Source: Peribolospora baueri (taxonomy: Eukaryota). Taken from it: 64,000 bases of DNA. The notes beneath the pieces are model-generated. The model was given only the letters and a program-made list of their open reading frames with translations. It was not told the DNA's origin and did no database searches. Positions 39,565 through 51,702 of the stretch are shown in pieces (position 1 is the stretch's first letter; each line of letters opens with the position of its first letter). The stretch lies in the NCBI GenBank assembly GCA_029717555.1, contig JAMDHS010000038.1, positions 62,001-126,000 of the forward strand, read 5' to 3'. The translations under genes and the position numbers were made by a program.

Positions 39565-39885
39565 GAGAGCAAGCGCAGTGGTCGTATGGTCGATTACGGC
39601 ATGCACCAAATAGCGGAGGTGCAGAGTGTAGAAGATGACGGTGGGAGGGTGCGGGCAAGGGTTTATTGGATGCATGTCGTTTGAGCGCTGGTGGCTCGGC
39701 GGCGGGCTTGAGCAAGCCGGCCGGACCAGGCGCAATGTTTTGAATCGATTGAACATTATTAGAACGGGGTTTGTTTCCCTTCCTTCCGTGCGCTAGGACG
39801 AGGCGTGACCTCGGTGGACCAAGCAAAGCATAACCCGTTATTGGTGCATGCCGTAATCGACCATATGACCACTGCGCTTGCTCTC
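39565..39885. repeat. Inverted repeat with 45-bp arms (39565-39609 and 39841-39885, 44/45 identical) and a 231-bp spacer; fold-back or MITE-like
   Basis: GAGAGCAAGCGCAGTGGTCGTATGGTCGATTACGGCATGCACCAA versus the reverse complement of TTGGTGCATGCCGTAATCGACCATATGACCACTGCGCTTGCTCTC; no target-site duplication seen. Confidence 0.92.
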
Positions 39886-40027
39886 CTCTGAACTGGTTCG
39901 TCTCGGTGGTGCTGGGCAAGGCGGAGGGCTGTGGGGAGTAGGTGTAAGTTGCGCTGTAAGTCGGCTTGGTTTGGGCCGATGCGCTGAGTGGGAGTGTAAG
40001 TAGTGAGAGGAGGGGTAAGGGTAGCAT
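39886..40027 (-). pseudogene. 5' remnant of a secreted glycoprotein gene (resembles the N-terminus of basidiomycete MP88/macrophage-activating-glycoprotein-like proteins), cut at the inverted repeat
   Basis: MLPLPLLSLLTLPLSASAQ (signal peptide-like) then TKPTYSATYTYSPQPSALPSTTETNQF; the frame then runs straight into the repeat arm. Family assignment is from memory of the ATY..P..LP.TTE..Q pattern. Confidence 0.5.
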
Positions 40028-41960
40028 GGGTGTATGAGAAACGCGGGAGGGTGGAGGTAGGCTTGGGGTGAAAGTCAGCAGCCGAGTCGGAGGAAGCGGG
40101 GCGAGGGGGGTTGTGCTCCGGGGACGAGGAGCGGCGATCTGATAAGGAGACAGAAGAGGAAGCAAAGGAGAGCAAGTACGTTGGTTAAGTAGACATGGCC
40201 GACAGAGATAAGCACGAGCGAGGATCACGAGGTCGCCTTCCCGCCATGCCGGGACGGCAGACGAGCATCGCCTCATCAGACGACGGCGAAGACGACGGCG
40301 CGGGCAGTCAAGACGAGATCAGTCGGGCTCCGGTGATGTCTCATCGTTCAGTGTCAGCTCGACTTTGACCTCTTGGCTTTCTTGGCTCGACGAGGGCAGA
40401 AGCGCGACGGGCAGAGAGCACGTGCAGTGCAGTGCGCGCAGAGTCTGTGCGGGCCGGTTCGACAGACAGAACAAACAGGACGCCAAGATACGCCAAGGCC
40501 GGCCCAAGTGGAAGGGGTGCCGTCGAGTATGTGTGTGGCCCAGCGCGCCGTGTGGATGGCGAACATCAGACGTTTGATTCGCAGACCCTGCCGTTACGAG
40601 AAGTACGGCGAGGATGGTATTATTCAAGTGAAAGATTACGTTTGTGCACACGTTCGGTTTGAGACGGAAGCGATATCAGGGGACGGAGAGAAAGGAAAGG
40701 GCGGGAATGGTTATTCGATCGACGATGATGGATGGGGACGAGCGGATCAGCCCCTTGTGGGGGCGACAGGGGGTGTGCATCTACTGTAGGCCTGCTGTCA
40801 CCCTTGCTGGCGTCATACTGAACATTGCTCTGCCCTTGAGTCTCGGACCCCATTACCGCTTCGACCCCTTTTTTTGGAAGGGAAGGAACGGGGATTGAGC
40901 GCGTGGAGACAGGGAAGAGAAGAGGAAGGGTGATGGAGGGAAAGGGAATGTGGACGAATGGCCGGGGCGGGTCAGGACGCTCGCGTCTTCTCAACCCTTG
41001 CGCGTCGGCCGTCTCGGCAATCCATCGAGCTCCGCCGGTTTCTAATCGTCCGCTTCCCTATTCCACGTTCCGATCCCTCCAGGTCAGCCCAGAAAAGCGG
41101 AGAGCCTACCTGATACATTAGCCCGCCCTCCCGGCTCACAGCCGTCGAGTTTGCGCTGCATCCTGTCTATCGGTCACGCCTTCAGAGAACGCCTCGGCCT
41201 GGCTGGCAGGGAGAAGGTCGCGAGAGTGGGGAGTCAGTCGTATATATCATTGGATCTCCGAAAGGAGGGCCGGAGGCTCGACTTCGATGCGCTGGCCGAC
41301 CCAGCGGGCGGACCAGAAGGTATTGGATGGGACGGGATGGATGGATGGTCGACGTGTCGATAAGCCGGGTGGCGCACTCACCTGAGCGACTGGTCTCTTC
41401 GCCTTGCGCGTGGTTTTCCCTGCCGCTCTCCAATCGACGGACGTTGACAACGACTTCCACGGCTGTGGGCGGCGCCGGGGTAAGGACAGAGGAGGCGGGG
41501 AGAACGGGGTTACGGATTCGGACGTGGACGGCGGAGGGCCAGATCTAAAAAGGAACCTGTGAAAAGAAGAAGGAGAGACAGAATATGTTTGGGATGAGCT
41601 CGAGCAAGGACGGAAGGTGGGGTGCTATCGGTGGTGTTCTAGAACACGGAACGCGGCCACGAGAGGGTTCGATGGATGTATGTATGTATGTATGGATGGA
41701 TGTTGGTTGTGGGAGAACCCATTCTGATAGTCGTCCCGCCTGGTGTGGCGGTCAGGTTGGTAGGACGATGTGGTCAGTCGATCGTGCCAAGGGACCGTCA
41801 GCTTCCGCCAGGGTCGTCATCCCTCCGACCTGACTGCGTCAGGGAGTTCGGCCTGGGTGAAGCGTGAGTGAGAAGGACAGAAGATTGGAGGTTCCATCTG
41901 CATGCCTTGCTCACATCGACGCCGGGTCGACGTCTGTTTTCATCATCGACGCAAATGAAA

Positions 41961-41968
41961 TGACGTCA
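41961..41968. promoter_or_regulatory. CRE/ATF palindrome upstream of the Hmp1/CsbD-like gene
   Basis: TGACGTCA ~250 nt upstream of the ATG, with CACGTG at 41981-41986, a CGACGTCA variant at ~42039 and CATAAAAA at ~42083; fits a stress-induced gene. Confidence 0.4.
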
Positions 41969-42214
41969 TGGTCGTCTACTCACGTGCCAGGCCCCGACTG
42001 GCGATCACCGCGGCCGCAAGCAGCTGCCGATCGCAACCGACGTCACTTTGGGTAAGACGTCCATCGCAAATGTCGCAAACAGCATAAAAAGGCGGCCCCG
42101 TCCGACTCTCGGGGTCACCTTGCTCTCCATCGCCCGCTCTTCCTCTCTTACATCTACTCGACCGCACCAAATCGCATCCATCTCATTTTAAATTCGTTTT
42201 GATCAGCCATCGTC

Positions 42215-42731
42215 ATGTCGTCTAACCAGTCTACCGAGCCCAGCAAGGTGAGGAAGATGCTGGATGCCGCTCTCCCACCACTCCTCTCACCATCTCCTCC
42301 GTCACTGACTGATTCCCTTCCTCTTCCGCTCCCCGCTCCACATTACCTGTCACAGGCCAGCGGCAACTACCACTCCATCAAGGGCCAGCTGGTCGAGGCC
42401 ATAGGTAACGCCACTGGCGCTGAGTCCTGGACCCAGAGCGGCAAGGAGGAGCACGCGCAAGGCGAAGGCGAGATCACAGCCGCCCAGGCCAAGGGCTACG
42501 CCGAGGGCCTCACGGACCAGGTTACCGGATACAAGGACTCGGTCATGGGGGCCGTCACCGGCGACAAGACCCAGCAGACCTCCGGTGTGAGTGGCTGCCA
42601 ATCCGAATGGAGTGCGACTCTGCCTACCACACCACACGCGACTCACCCCCCCCGTCCCTCTTCTCCCTTGTGAAACACAGAACGTCCAAAAGGAATCCGG
42701 GGCGGCGCAGAAGAACGCCAACAAGCCATGA
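42215..42731 (+). CDS. Hmp1/CsbD-like small hydrophilic stress protein (mismatched base pair and cruciform DNA recognition protein family), 3 exons
   Basis: MSSNQSTEPSK|ASGNYHSIKGQLVEAIGNATGAESWTQSGKEEHAQGEGEITAAQAKGYAEGLTDQVTGYKDSVMGAVTGDKTQQTSG|NVQKESGAAQKNANKP*. Confidence 0.85.
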
Positions 42732-43311
42732 ACGCCTTCTCGTTGCCCTCCTCCACCCTTCCTAGTTTTCCGTCCCCTCCTTCCCCGCCATCCTCACCCG
42801 ACCGCCCATCCTGCTCCCTGCCCCGCCTGCGTCGTTTCTTAAGATCATCCAAGCGCCTCGATCGCCGCCGCCATCGCCCCCCGCCCAGCCATCGCAGCGG
42901 CGATGAACGGCGACGTTGCCGGAGCAACAGCGACGGAGTCCTTTTCTTCCTCGCCGCCTCCGAAAGGGAGGGTGCGGAGGCTGTCGCTCTCCAGACCGGC
43001 CTTCCTCGTCCTCTTGTGATCGATCCACGACGCAGCAACAGACTTCGTTTATGTACTGCAGCCTTACTTCGATGTACGTTTTGAAAGAATGGATAACACG
43101 ACATCGCTTCTTCTTTTCCCGAAGTTTGGTATTTCACGGGCATCGGTTCGATGATATTAAGGGGTTCATAAAAGCGTCTTGGCGCTGCCAAGGTATCGCC
43201 GTGTCCAACGGCAAATTCATACATCGCCGCGCTCTGTCTCCACTGGACGGCAATGCACAAGCAGGCCGCATCCTGGCCATGTGAAAAATCACTAACCCCA
43301 CCACTGTTCGC

Positions 43312-46300
43312 TCACCCGGCCACCTCCAGCATCCCACCGATGTTTGGCGTGCCCATCTCGCTCCCGCCCGCCACATCCTGCTCCGCCTCAGTGCCAGCAC
43401 CGGCGCCGCTAGGTCCCACCTCCACCCACCAAGTCCTCCTCTCCCGCACCGGCAGCACCTCTACCCTCTCCGCTGCGTTCTCATGATACGTCTCGCATGT
43501 CGGCGGCACCGACACGTTGTACCCTTCACCTCCTCGTCCGCCGCCGGTCACGGTTCCGGCATCAGTTCCCTGCCCTGGAGTGAGGGCCGGGTTGGGGCTG
43601 AGCCCTGACGTGGTTGTGGTAGCGGAAGCGGGCGTAGGGACAGGTAGGGCGGCTGAGAGAGCCCCACTCGCGCCTGCGGGCGCTGAGAGTGGTGTAGCTG
43701 TGGGATTGGGACTGGCGGATGGGATGGCCCCGGACGGACGGGACGCGGAGGGGGAAGAGGTTGTAGCGAGCGGGGTGATGGAGACGGTCGGAAGCGGCAA
43801 TGGACCTGATCGGAGGGGAATGAGCTCGAAGGTGATTCTGGTCGGTTCCGTGTCCTGAGAATGTGCCGCGCACAAGAAAGATTGAGGACGAAGTGAGCGC
43901 TATGCGCAACTTGTCGGCTGATGATGACGAACCAGTAACGCGCGTTCAACGGTTGGCTCGCGGGCTCGCTCATCTCACCTTGGCGACAAAGGCCCCCTTC
44001 TTGGCGCCGCTGATGAGCCACGTCTGAAAATCGGCGTGGACGTCGTACGCCAGCCTGTATTCCTTCCTTCTGATCTCCCTCTCTTTCTCCTCTTTTTCAT
44101 CTTCGCCCCACCCGTCCCCTCCCCGCCAGTGGAAGGAGGAGACAACGGCCAGCGTCGCCGTGACCGGTTCGCCGACTACGAAATGGGCACCTGCACCCGG
44201 AGATGCGATGGACACGCGTACGGAGTTGACAATCTGCAATGGGGTATAATAGGGTGAACCCTGGGGCGCTTGACAGCAAGAAAACTCGAGCGCGTTAGGT
44301 GAACAGTTGGTGCTTACTGTCGCTATGGGCATGTCAAGCGGAATGGATAGCAGCCTCCATCCGAGATCGTCGGTCACGCGCTGCACATCCTCATGCCCTC
44401 GATGTGAGGCAGACTGCGACAAGGCGCGCACGACCCACACAGGCGTCAAGGCGACAAAGTCTTGGTTAAACTCGGGATACTGCAGCCGCGATCCCGAAGA
44501 GTTTGCAAGGGAAGAAGATCAGACTCACCTCAAAGACGTCGGCAATCAAGCCGACGAGCCGCGTTCGCTCCTCCTCGTTAATGAGCTTCGCTGACGTCGA
44601 TCTCCGAACGACCATCACCCACCTCTCTCTCTCGAAGGAGCCCATCCAAATTTCACCAGTCATGGCGTATCGCCCCTGCTCTAGGTTGCGATCCATGTGA
44701 ATGCATAAGGCGCGGAACAGCCAGCGCTTGTGGAGGGATAAAGAAGGATGCTTAGAAAGTACATCCTCGAGCACGTGGGAGAGCATCTGTCGCGAGTCTG
44801 GAGGCAAGAATAGTTCCATCGTGCGTCAGTAAGTGGACGCCGGAAAGTCAGTGTAATGCAGGACCGGTCGCTGAGACTCACCCTCCTGCAAGGTTCGGTA
44901 CCTCAGTTTAACCCGTAGTCGGCCGTCCCCTGCGGTTTTTCCCTTTGCATCCTTTTGGATCTTGAAGATGAAGGAGGCCGACTGCTTCGGCGTGACAATC
45001 TGAGACCACGGAGTGATGGGCAATGAGATGAGCCCGACAGTGGTTGTAGCGTTCAGACAACAAGGGAACGCTGAGCTCACCAATGGTTCAGCGTCTTCTT
45101 CCCAGCATCCTGCTACCTTGACAGAAGACGAAGCAGACTCCAACTCGGCCGCCTTTATGCGCGTGTAGTTCGAGCCATCCGAAGCGACGGAAAACTTGCT
45201 GAACAGGCTACGCTTTCGGAAGAAGTCTTGCACATTGACACCCAAGGGAAGCGCGACGTAGAGCTCGCACACCTTTCGAAGTGTTTTTGTCTCGCTCTCG
45301 GACTGGGAAGCCGTTTTATAGGAGAGAATGACGCGGATCTGTGGAAAGAAACCCGTCAGATCGAATGACAGAAAGCCGTGATGGCGACAATGGAATCATA
45401 CTTTGTAGGCGGGATCTCCGGGAAGATCCATTATGGGCAGGTTCAGCATGATCGTCTTGCGAGCTGGCAGGTCGAAGAGTGCGAGTCCTGACGTTGTCGT
45501 CTCGAAGCGGCCCTCATCTACCGTGGCCAACGATGTCAATGGAAAGGTGAGATCGAGACAGACATGTTAAGAAATTAACTCTCTTACTCACGGCCTGGAT
45601 GAAGAGTAGCCTCCTCGTAGTGCGTAAATGGCCGTCCGTTCGCGTGTGTGACGCTGAGGTCAGCTTTAAGCACGTCATTACGGCCTGTAGATATTTCGAG
45701 CTCAGCGGATCTCGCAGCATCCAGATGGACTTGAAGAGAGAAGGGCAACAAGGGCAGGTCAGCTGTCAGCCTCCACGGTCACGGATCGTTCTCTCAGGGA
45801 TTATCCCTAAGCTCACTCTCTCGTGGCAGTTTAACCTGTACGTCGAGTGCCTCTGGGTCATCAGCGATCCTGATTACGGTAGGAGTTTGGCCTGACAGCT
45901 TCGACCGAACGGCCTTCCTTGCCGGCATGCTGTACACGCGATGGAAGACGAACGCAGCGAGTCGAATCTGAGTGGCGGCGAGGACGAACGCGCCGGATGC
46001 GGGAGCAGAGCACTTGAGGACTAATCGTGTGTCTCCTGGATGGAGAACAGCGGGCCCGCTCGAGAACCAGACTTGGCCAGTATCACGGGATGTGACTGCC
46101 AAACGAACGTCGTCTACATCAAGAGCCTGAAGGACGGAAAGACGGTCCTTGTGAACACGTCAACAGAGGAAGACGAAGAGACACGGTTTGCTCAGGGATG
46201 TGGACTCACGAAAGAAAGAAAACTCTTAACGGACACTTCCAGCGTCGACCCGTCCTCCCCGCCCACTAGCTCCGCCCACTCTTGCGTCGGACAGATGTCG

Positions 46301-48830
46301 AACGCATCGTAGCCCGTGATGGTCATTTCTTGTGACAGGCAAGGTCGAGCCGCAAATTGGAGACTTGTTCAGCTATCGCGATCCACACGTGAGCAAGGCC
46401 TTCAGCTCACCTTCTTTGTCTTCTTCGCCCGCCTGCCTCAGCTGCCTGAACAGATACTCTTCGTCTGCCCAATCGCCTTTCCTCTTGGAGGGCCTCATCC
46501 TCTGCAGCTCCTTGGTTGCATGGCCGGCTTTCAGAAGACGGACGAGTGTAGTGACCCATGCTCGGTCTCTCGGCTTTTTCAGACGATCGTGGCATTCCAG
46601 AAGGTTGGAGACGAGAAAGCACTCCAAACTTGTCCATGACGGATCGGAGTAGGCCAATGAAAGACCTGAGAGGGTGGGGTACGCTGCCTCAAAGCGCTCG
46701 CGATGGCTGAGGCAAGAGGGGAAATGGTCAATCATGACGTTCGCCAGGAAACGCGAGCTTGAGACTATCAAGTGACATCGCCCAATACTCACAAGTCCAA
46801 GGCTGCCAGGAAAACCCTCAGCCTTATCGCGTTCTTCTTCCTTCCCGCCTTGGTGTAAGTATCAACGACGCTCTGAGTAGACGAGATGTACAGCTCGTCA
46901 AACGCTTTCTGGTCAGCTAGAGCCTTGCGCAGATCCTCGCGGGTGATTTCCATCTCTGGCGGCTTGTCGTTCTCGCCCAACGACATTGGTGCGTCTTCTT
47001 CCTCGTTCTCCTCGTCCAGTGACATGGTGAATGGGTGAAGTGATGGCAAGTGACCAACAGCGATGCCCAGCTTGTCAAGCTGTCATGAGATTTCTTCACG
47101 TTAGTTGTCGGGACACGAAAGTAACGCAGGGGCCACGGGCATCGAGACGACTTCGCACCTGTTTCCTAGACCGCTCAAGAATCTCCGCACATACAGCGTG
47201 AAAGACGGAGATCGTCTTGGCGTCGAGGTCGGTCACCTCTGAAAAATTGGTGCAGAAGTCGACGACATTGAGAGCGGAAGAGTAGGTCCACACCTCAATG
47301 AAGTTCTTGGGCAGAGAGGCCTGTCGCCGGTGGTGAAGAGGTCAACCATTTCCTTTCCGTTTGTAATACCTTAACAGCGGGTTGGAAGAATAGACAGCTC
47401 ACCTGGTTGGCCCGCAAAGTCCTTCGAAAGCTGCCGATGAAATAGGAGCTTTTCCGCACTATGTCTACAACCTTTCCCATCTTGTTCAAAAGCCCACATT
47501 GCCGTGCAAAGACGTAGCTGCGAAAATCGAAAATGCTGATTCGGTTCTCCAGAAGGAGCTCACGATAGGGCTTCTTAGTCGCTGACAAGATATGCGCGGA
47601 GTCGTCTCCGGCATCCCTACCGCCGAGGGGACCGAACCAGGCCAAATTTTGCTCTGTGAAAGCGTTCAGATAGTTTTCAGACGGATGCTGCCCCGGTAAA
47701 CGTACGTGGATGGATGGGACGACCTACACCCCACCTTTCAGTATTTGGAAAAAAGCGGCCTCAAGTCCGTCGTACTGGGCCAAAGCATCATCGTACAGAC
47801 TCATACTCTCAAACGTGAGAGCCAAAGTTTCCTGAAAGAGGCAAGCAAGGTGAAGCGAACTATCCGCATGAACCACACAAATAGGAAGGAAGGAATCTCA
47901 ACAGGGGCACTCGGAGACTCACCTTGAGCAGGAAGAATTGACAATAGTTCCAGCCGGGCGTTGACCTCTTCTGCTCGGAGCGCATGATCTCCTCCTCGCG
48001 CTCGGCCAGCCGAGCCTCGAAGCTGGCCATGATCCCTTCCTTAAGTTTGCCCATGAACTCGACCCATATCGTCGGATCTTCTGGGGAAGAGAGACGACCG
48101 AGCTGAATGCATCTGACGAAGCGACACGGATCACAATCGGCGGTCGGGACACGGCAGGGCAGGACAAAGGCCAAATATCAGCCATCTCTGATTTTGTGAA
48201 AGACGCTTAACTATGCTCACCGCTCCTTCTTCCCCTGATTGAAGTCCGATCTGATCTTATCCAGCACTGAGCTCTTCATGGAATAGAACCGCCCCGTTGG
48301 TGCCTTCTGGTCGGCTGCGGGAACCATAACAATGAGCCACTCCTGATTCTTGCGCGTCTGGATCGCACTGTGCCACTCTTTGATTTGTTGTCGGGTCGAC
48401 GTGCGGTACGTATCGTTGTCCTGGAATGGAATAAGAATACGGCACGGAGGAACGACGAGAGCGGCGATGTGTCGACTCAATTGAACGCTCGAAGAGGCAG
48501 CAATCACAACGAGAGAGAAAGAGAGAGAACTGGGGGACCCACCTCACACATGACGAAATAAATATTCAACACCGGCCTCTCCACCAAGGACTTGGGCATC
48601 AGGTCTGTTTTCTCGTCCGGCACGTCCGTGAGGCGCTTGAGCTCGATGTTCACCTCCTGCATCGTGCGTATGCTACGGCTCGCAGGCCTCCAGTGCAGAT
48701 TGCGCACAGGCAGCTGGGCCTTGAGGCCAGACCATACCTGGACCCAGTAGTTGGACGAGAGGAAGTACGGCGAGGCATCGTATGTCACCGTTACCCCGCG
48801 CTTGATCGGTAGCTGGAAATCAGAACCCAT
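43312..48830 (-). CDS. TRS130: TRAPPII subunit Trs130/TRAPPC10, multi-exon
   Basis: VTVTY...QLPVRNLHWR; LNIYFVMCE|DNDTYR; SVLDKIRSDFN; PGWNYCQFFLLK|ETLA; KKPYRELLLENRISIFDFRSYVFARQ; LPLGVNVQDFFR; WLISGAKKGAF; LIPLRSGPLPLPTV. Confidence 0.9.
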
Positions 48831-49233
48831 GAACGTCGGTGGGAGCGGGTAGAGGGCGAACGAAAGCTACTGCCTGGCAGCACCGCCCTATGGCTCCAAA
48901 GAGGGTCGATAGATATGAAAGGGTATGCGAATGACCGGCGACGAGTGAGGAGGGAGAGGAATCGCGATTCTCGACGACTGATCTGGAAGTCAACGCCAGC
49001 CGCAGTGCCCGTGTGTCGCGCTTAAGACGACCGGTTTGGTCAGGCCCAGCTGGACGTCGCAACCTCAGCTCACACCCTCATCCTTCAAGATCGATTACAG
49101 ATTAAAACAGCAGGATTCTATATCACGAATCCGCATGAGGTCTATAACATGTAATGTACACGCATACCCGTCCATGGACCGAGTCCGGGAAGCCGTTCCA
49201 GCGAACGACACGGCGAGAAGAAAGCCAGTCGGT

Positions 49234-50547
49234 TCACATGATACTGCAATCGGCGTCTTTATCACCTCCGAGTCCCTTCGCCCACGACATGTCTACAACG
49301 TTAGACATGCCGCGGTCCCTCCCGCCTCCAGTCAAAGAGACGACGAGCACGCCCGTATTGTGTGGATCGAGGTGCGCGGCCAATCCGTACCTGCGGGGAT
49401 CGAAGGGTGTTGCGGACGCCGTGGACGGCCAGAAAGTATGAGTACGTGCGCAGGACCAATCAAGTGCCCATTGGAGAAGTTGACACGTACTTCTGCATCA
49501 GCTGCTGGACTGCGGGGGCGATCTTGGCAACATGGTTCTTAGAGTGGATGCCCTTGCCCACGATGATGCGCAGAGTGTCCCGGTTCTGTCTCTGGGCCTC
49601 CTGTTCATCGGCAAAACGATGAGGAGATAGGAAAAGGGGAATGAGCAGTTCCTCTTTAAAAGAAATAAGAAGGAATGGAAGACTGGGCCGAAAGAAGGGT
49701 GTGGCATCGTTCTCACCTGAATGGCAACCTCCGTGCGCTCCAAAGCCTCCTCCACGTAAAGGCCGTGGAGATCGATCGTACCTTCAGGCGAGTCATTGTT
49801 GTTTTCTGTGGAAGAACAGAAGAGGAATAAAGGATCATCAGTGTCTAACCGCGCTCCGCGCGCCTCCGCACTTCTCTTGCTCGCCCTCCTCCACCGCTCC
49901 ACAGGTCGACCTTCAACAAGGACGTCCAGCTCACCCCGGAAGATCCAGTCGGCGGCCTGCTTATTGAGCTCCTCCATCTTCCGCTGATGAGCGTGCCCTT
50001 CGTTGCTCAGCTGCTTGGCCCGCCCGCCGTCGCCTTGGTTGTACGCTTCGTGAGCCTGGTCAAAGCATCGGCCCATGAGGTCGCCCTCGTGGTGCGCCTG
50101 GTTACGAAGGGACTGGTACTGCTCATTCGAGGCGTTGATCTGGGAACGGAGAAAGAGATGGGACGGGACGGGTTGGGACGAATGGACGAGCGCACCATTC
50201 ACGGATAAGCGATGGAAAGAAATCCGCCGAAAGACAAGCTTCTTCCTTACCTGGTCCTGATTCTGAGGATGGTGTGGCCCAACAGCACTTCCGCCGACGG
50301 GAGCAGCGTGCGGTTTCTGTGGTTTCGATGGTGGTTGCCATGCTCCTCCTTGCTGGTACGCCGGGCCCTGGTTCGGTTGCTGCCACGCACCACCCTGCTG
50401 CTGGTCCGGGTAGCCGCCCTGCTGGTTCTGAGCATAGCCGCCGCCCGCTGCCTCCTGCTGTTTCTTCTTGTAGAATTGGAAGGCCTTCTTGGCATACTTG
50501 ATGATCTGGTATTTGTGCGCCTTGAGAAAGCCTATCAATTGGTCCAT
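49234..50547 (-). CDS. DUF1771 + Smr/MutS2-C domain protein, 5 exons, C-terminal CAAX (CSIM)
   Basis: YQSLRNQAHHEGDLMGRCFDQAHEAYNQGDGGRAKQLSNEG (DUF1771); IDLHGLYVEEA and LRIIVGKGIHS (Smr); DPHNTGVLVV; ends DADCSIM*. Confidence 0.9.
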
Positions 50548-51702
50548 GTTGGCCGATAAGAAGCACGGAGGGACGGCGGAGCAAGCAAGTTGTCGCAGTC
50601 AGCAGGCCCGGCGCTACAACTCCGGTGATTAAACGAGCGTGGATGAGAGAGCGAGAACGCTCTAATGTAGGGGACCGGAACCTGCAACGTCAAGAATGAA
50701 GTGGTGTGGTGATGCAGACAGCGCCTTGGTACCTCCCCCCTGGTACGTCCTCCAAGAGCGCGCACGTGACAACATCGGACTCTTGAAGCTGGCTCCAGAA
50801 GAAGTCCGATCTTCCTCCTTTCGAGCAGTCCTCCTCCTCCATAATTTGACCGCCTGTGGGCACTTTCGAGTCCAAGACAGACAAGTTCGACGAAGCACGT
50901 GTTTCTATAGTACTTACTCGTGGCTGACCGCTGTAGCTCTGCTCGAGCTGTGCCTGCTCTGACCCGTAACCGTGCGCTTTAACCCTCTAGTCCTGTTGTC
51001 TTTTCCCAATCGCAGATGGTGGTGCCTCTGCCAACTTTTAGTCGGCCCTCTTCTCTGGCACCTCCATTCATACAGTACAGAGCCTCCGGTCGACATAGCT
51101 CAATTACCCCAAAGAAGGTAGAGAAAGAGAGCCAAGGGTTGACTCGTCTCTCCTTGTTCCTACCTTTCGCACGTCGCTCCGTCTATTCACCGTGTCCAGT
51201 CTCTCCGAGACGCACACCAGCTTGCGCTGGCACTAGTGCGAAAGCATTTCTACCTCAATGCGTTAGCGTTGCTCGTAGAGATTGATGTTTGCACCGACCG
51301 GGCCCACTCCGCAACACGGCCAAACGTCGCTTCGCGACCTGTTGGTGAGCTTACTGGCAAGGAAGGAAGAAGCGCTGGTCTCGACGTCTGGATCAGCTGC
51401 TTGGGAAACGACGACGTCTTTGCCGGAGGTTAGTTTACCGATACGAACACGACATCCCTGATAAATGGCCACCCAGCTACGTTTTAATTATGAATAGAGG
51501 TCCCACGGCACTCCATCGTCCTTCCACATAATGGACGATTGAAGGGACAGCTTCTCATGAACATGCATGTCATCACAACGTGGCGTATGACGCGACAGAT
51601 ATTTCCAAACGGATACGGCAAGACGGTCTGACAATCGACAAGTGGGAAACGGGCGGGCGGCAGACGGGCCAGCACAGTCTGACCCCCACAACTCATGTGA
51701 CA

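Noticed and set aside
41838..41946. Box C/D snoRNA on the minus strand (ATGATGA...CTGA)
   Set aside because: The terminal stem does not fit K-turn geometry and the possible rRNA guide match is short and imperfect; it needs snoscan/Infernal before any claim.
50690..51440. Short protein-like ORFs with splice-like signals between the Smr gene and the P450
   Set aside because: No consistent exon chain or recognisable motif.
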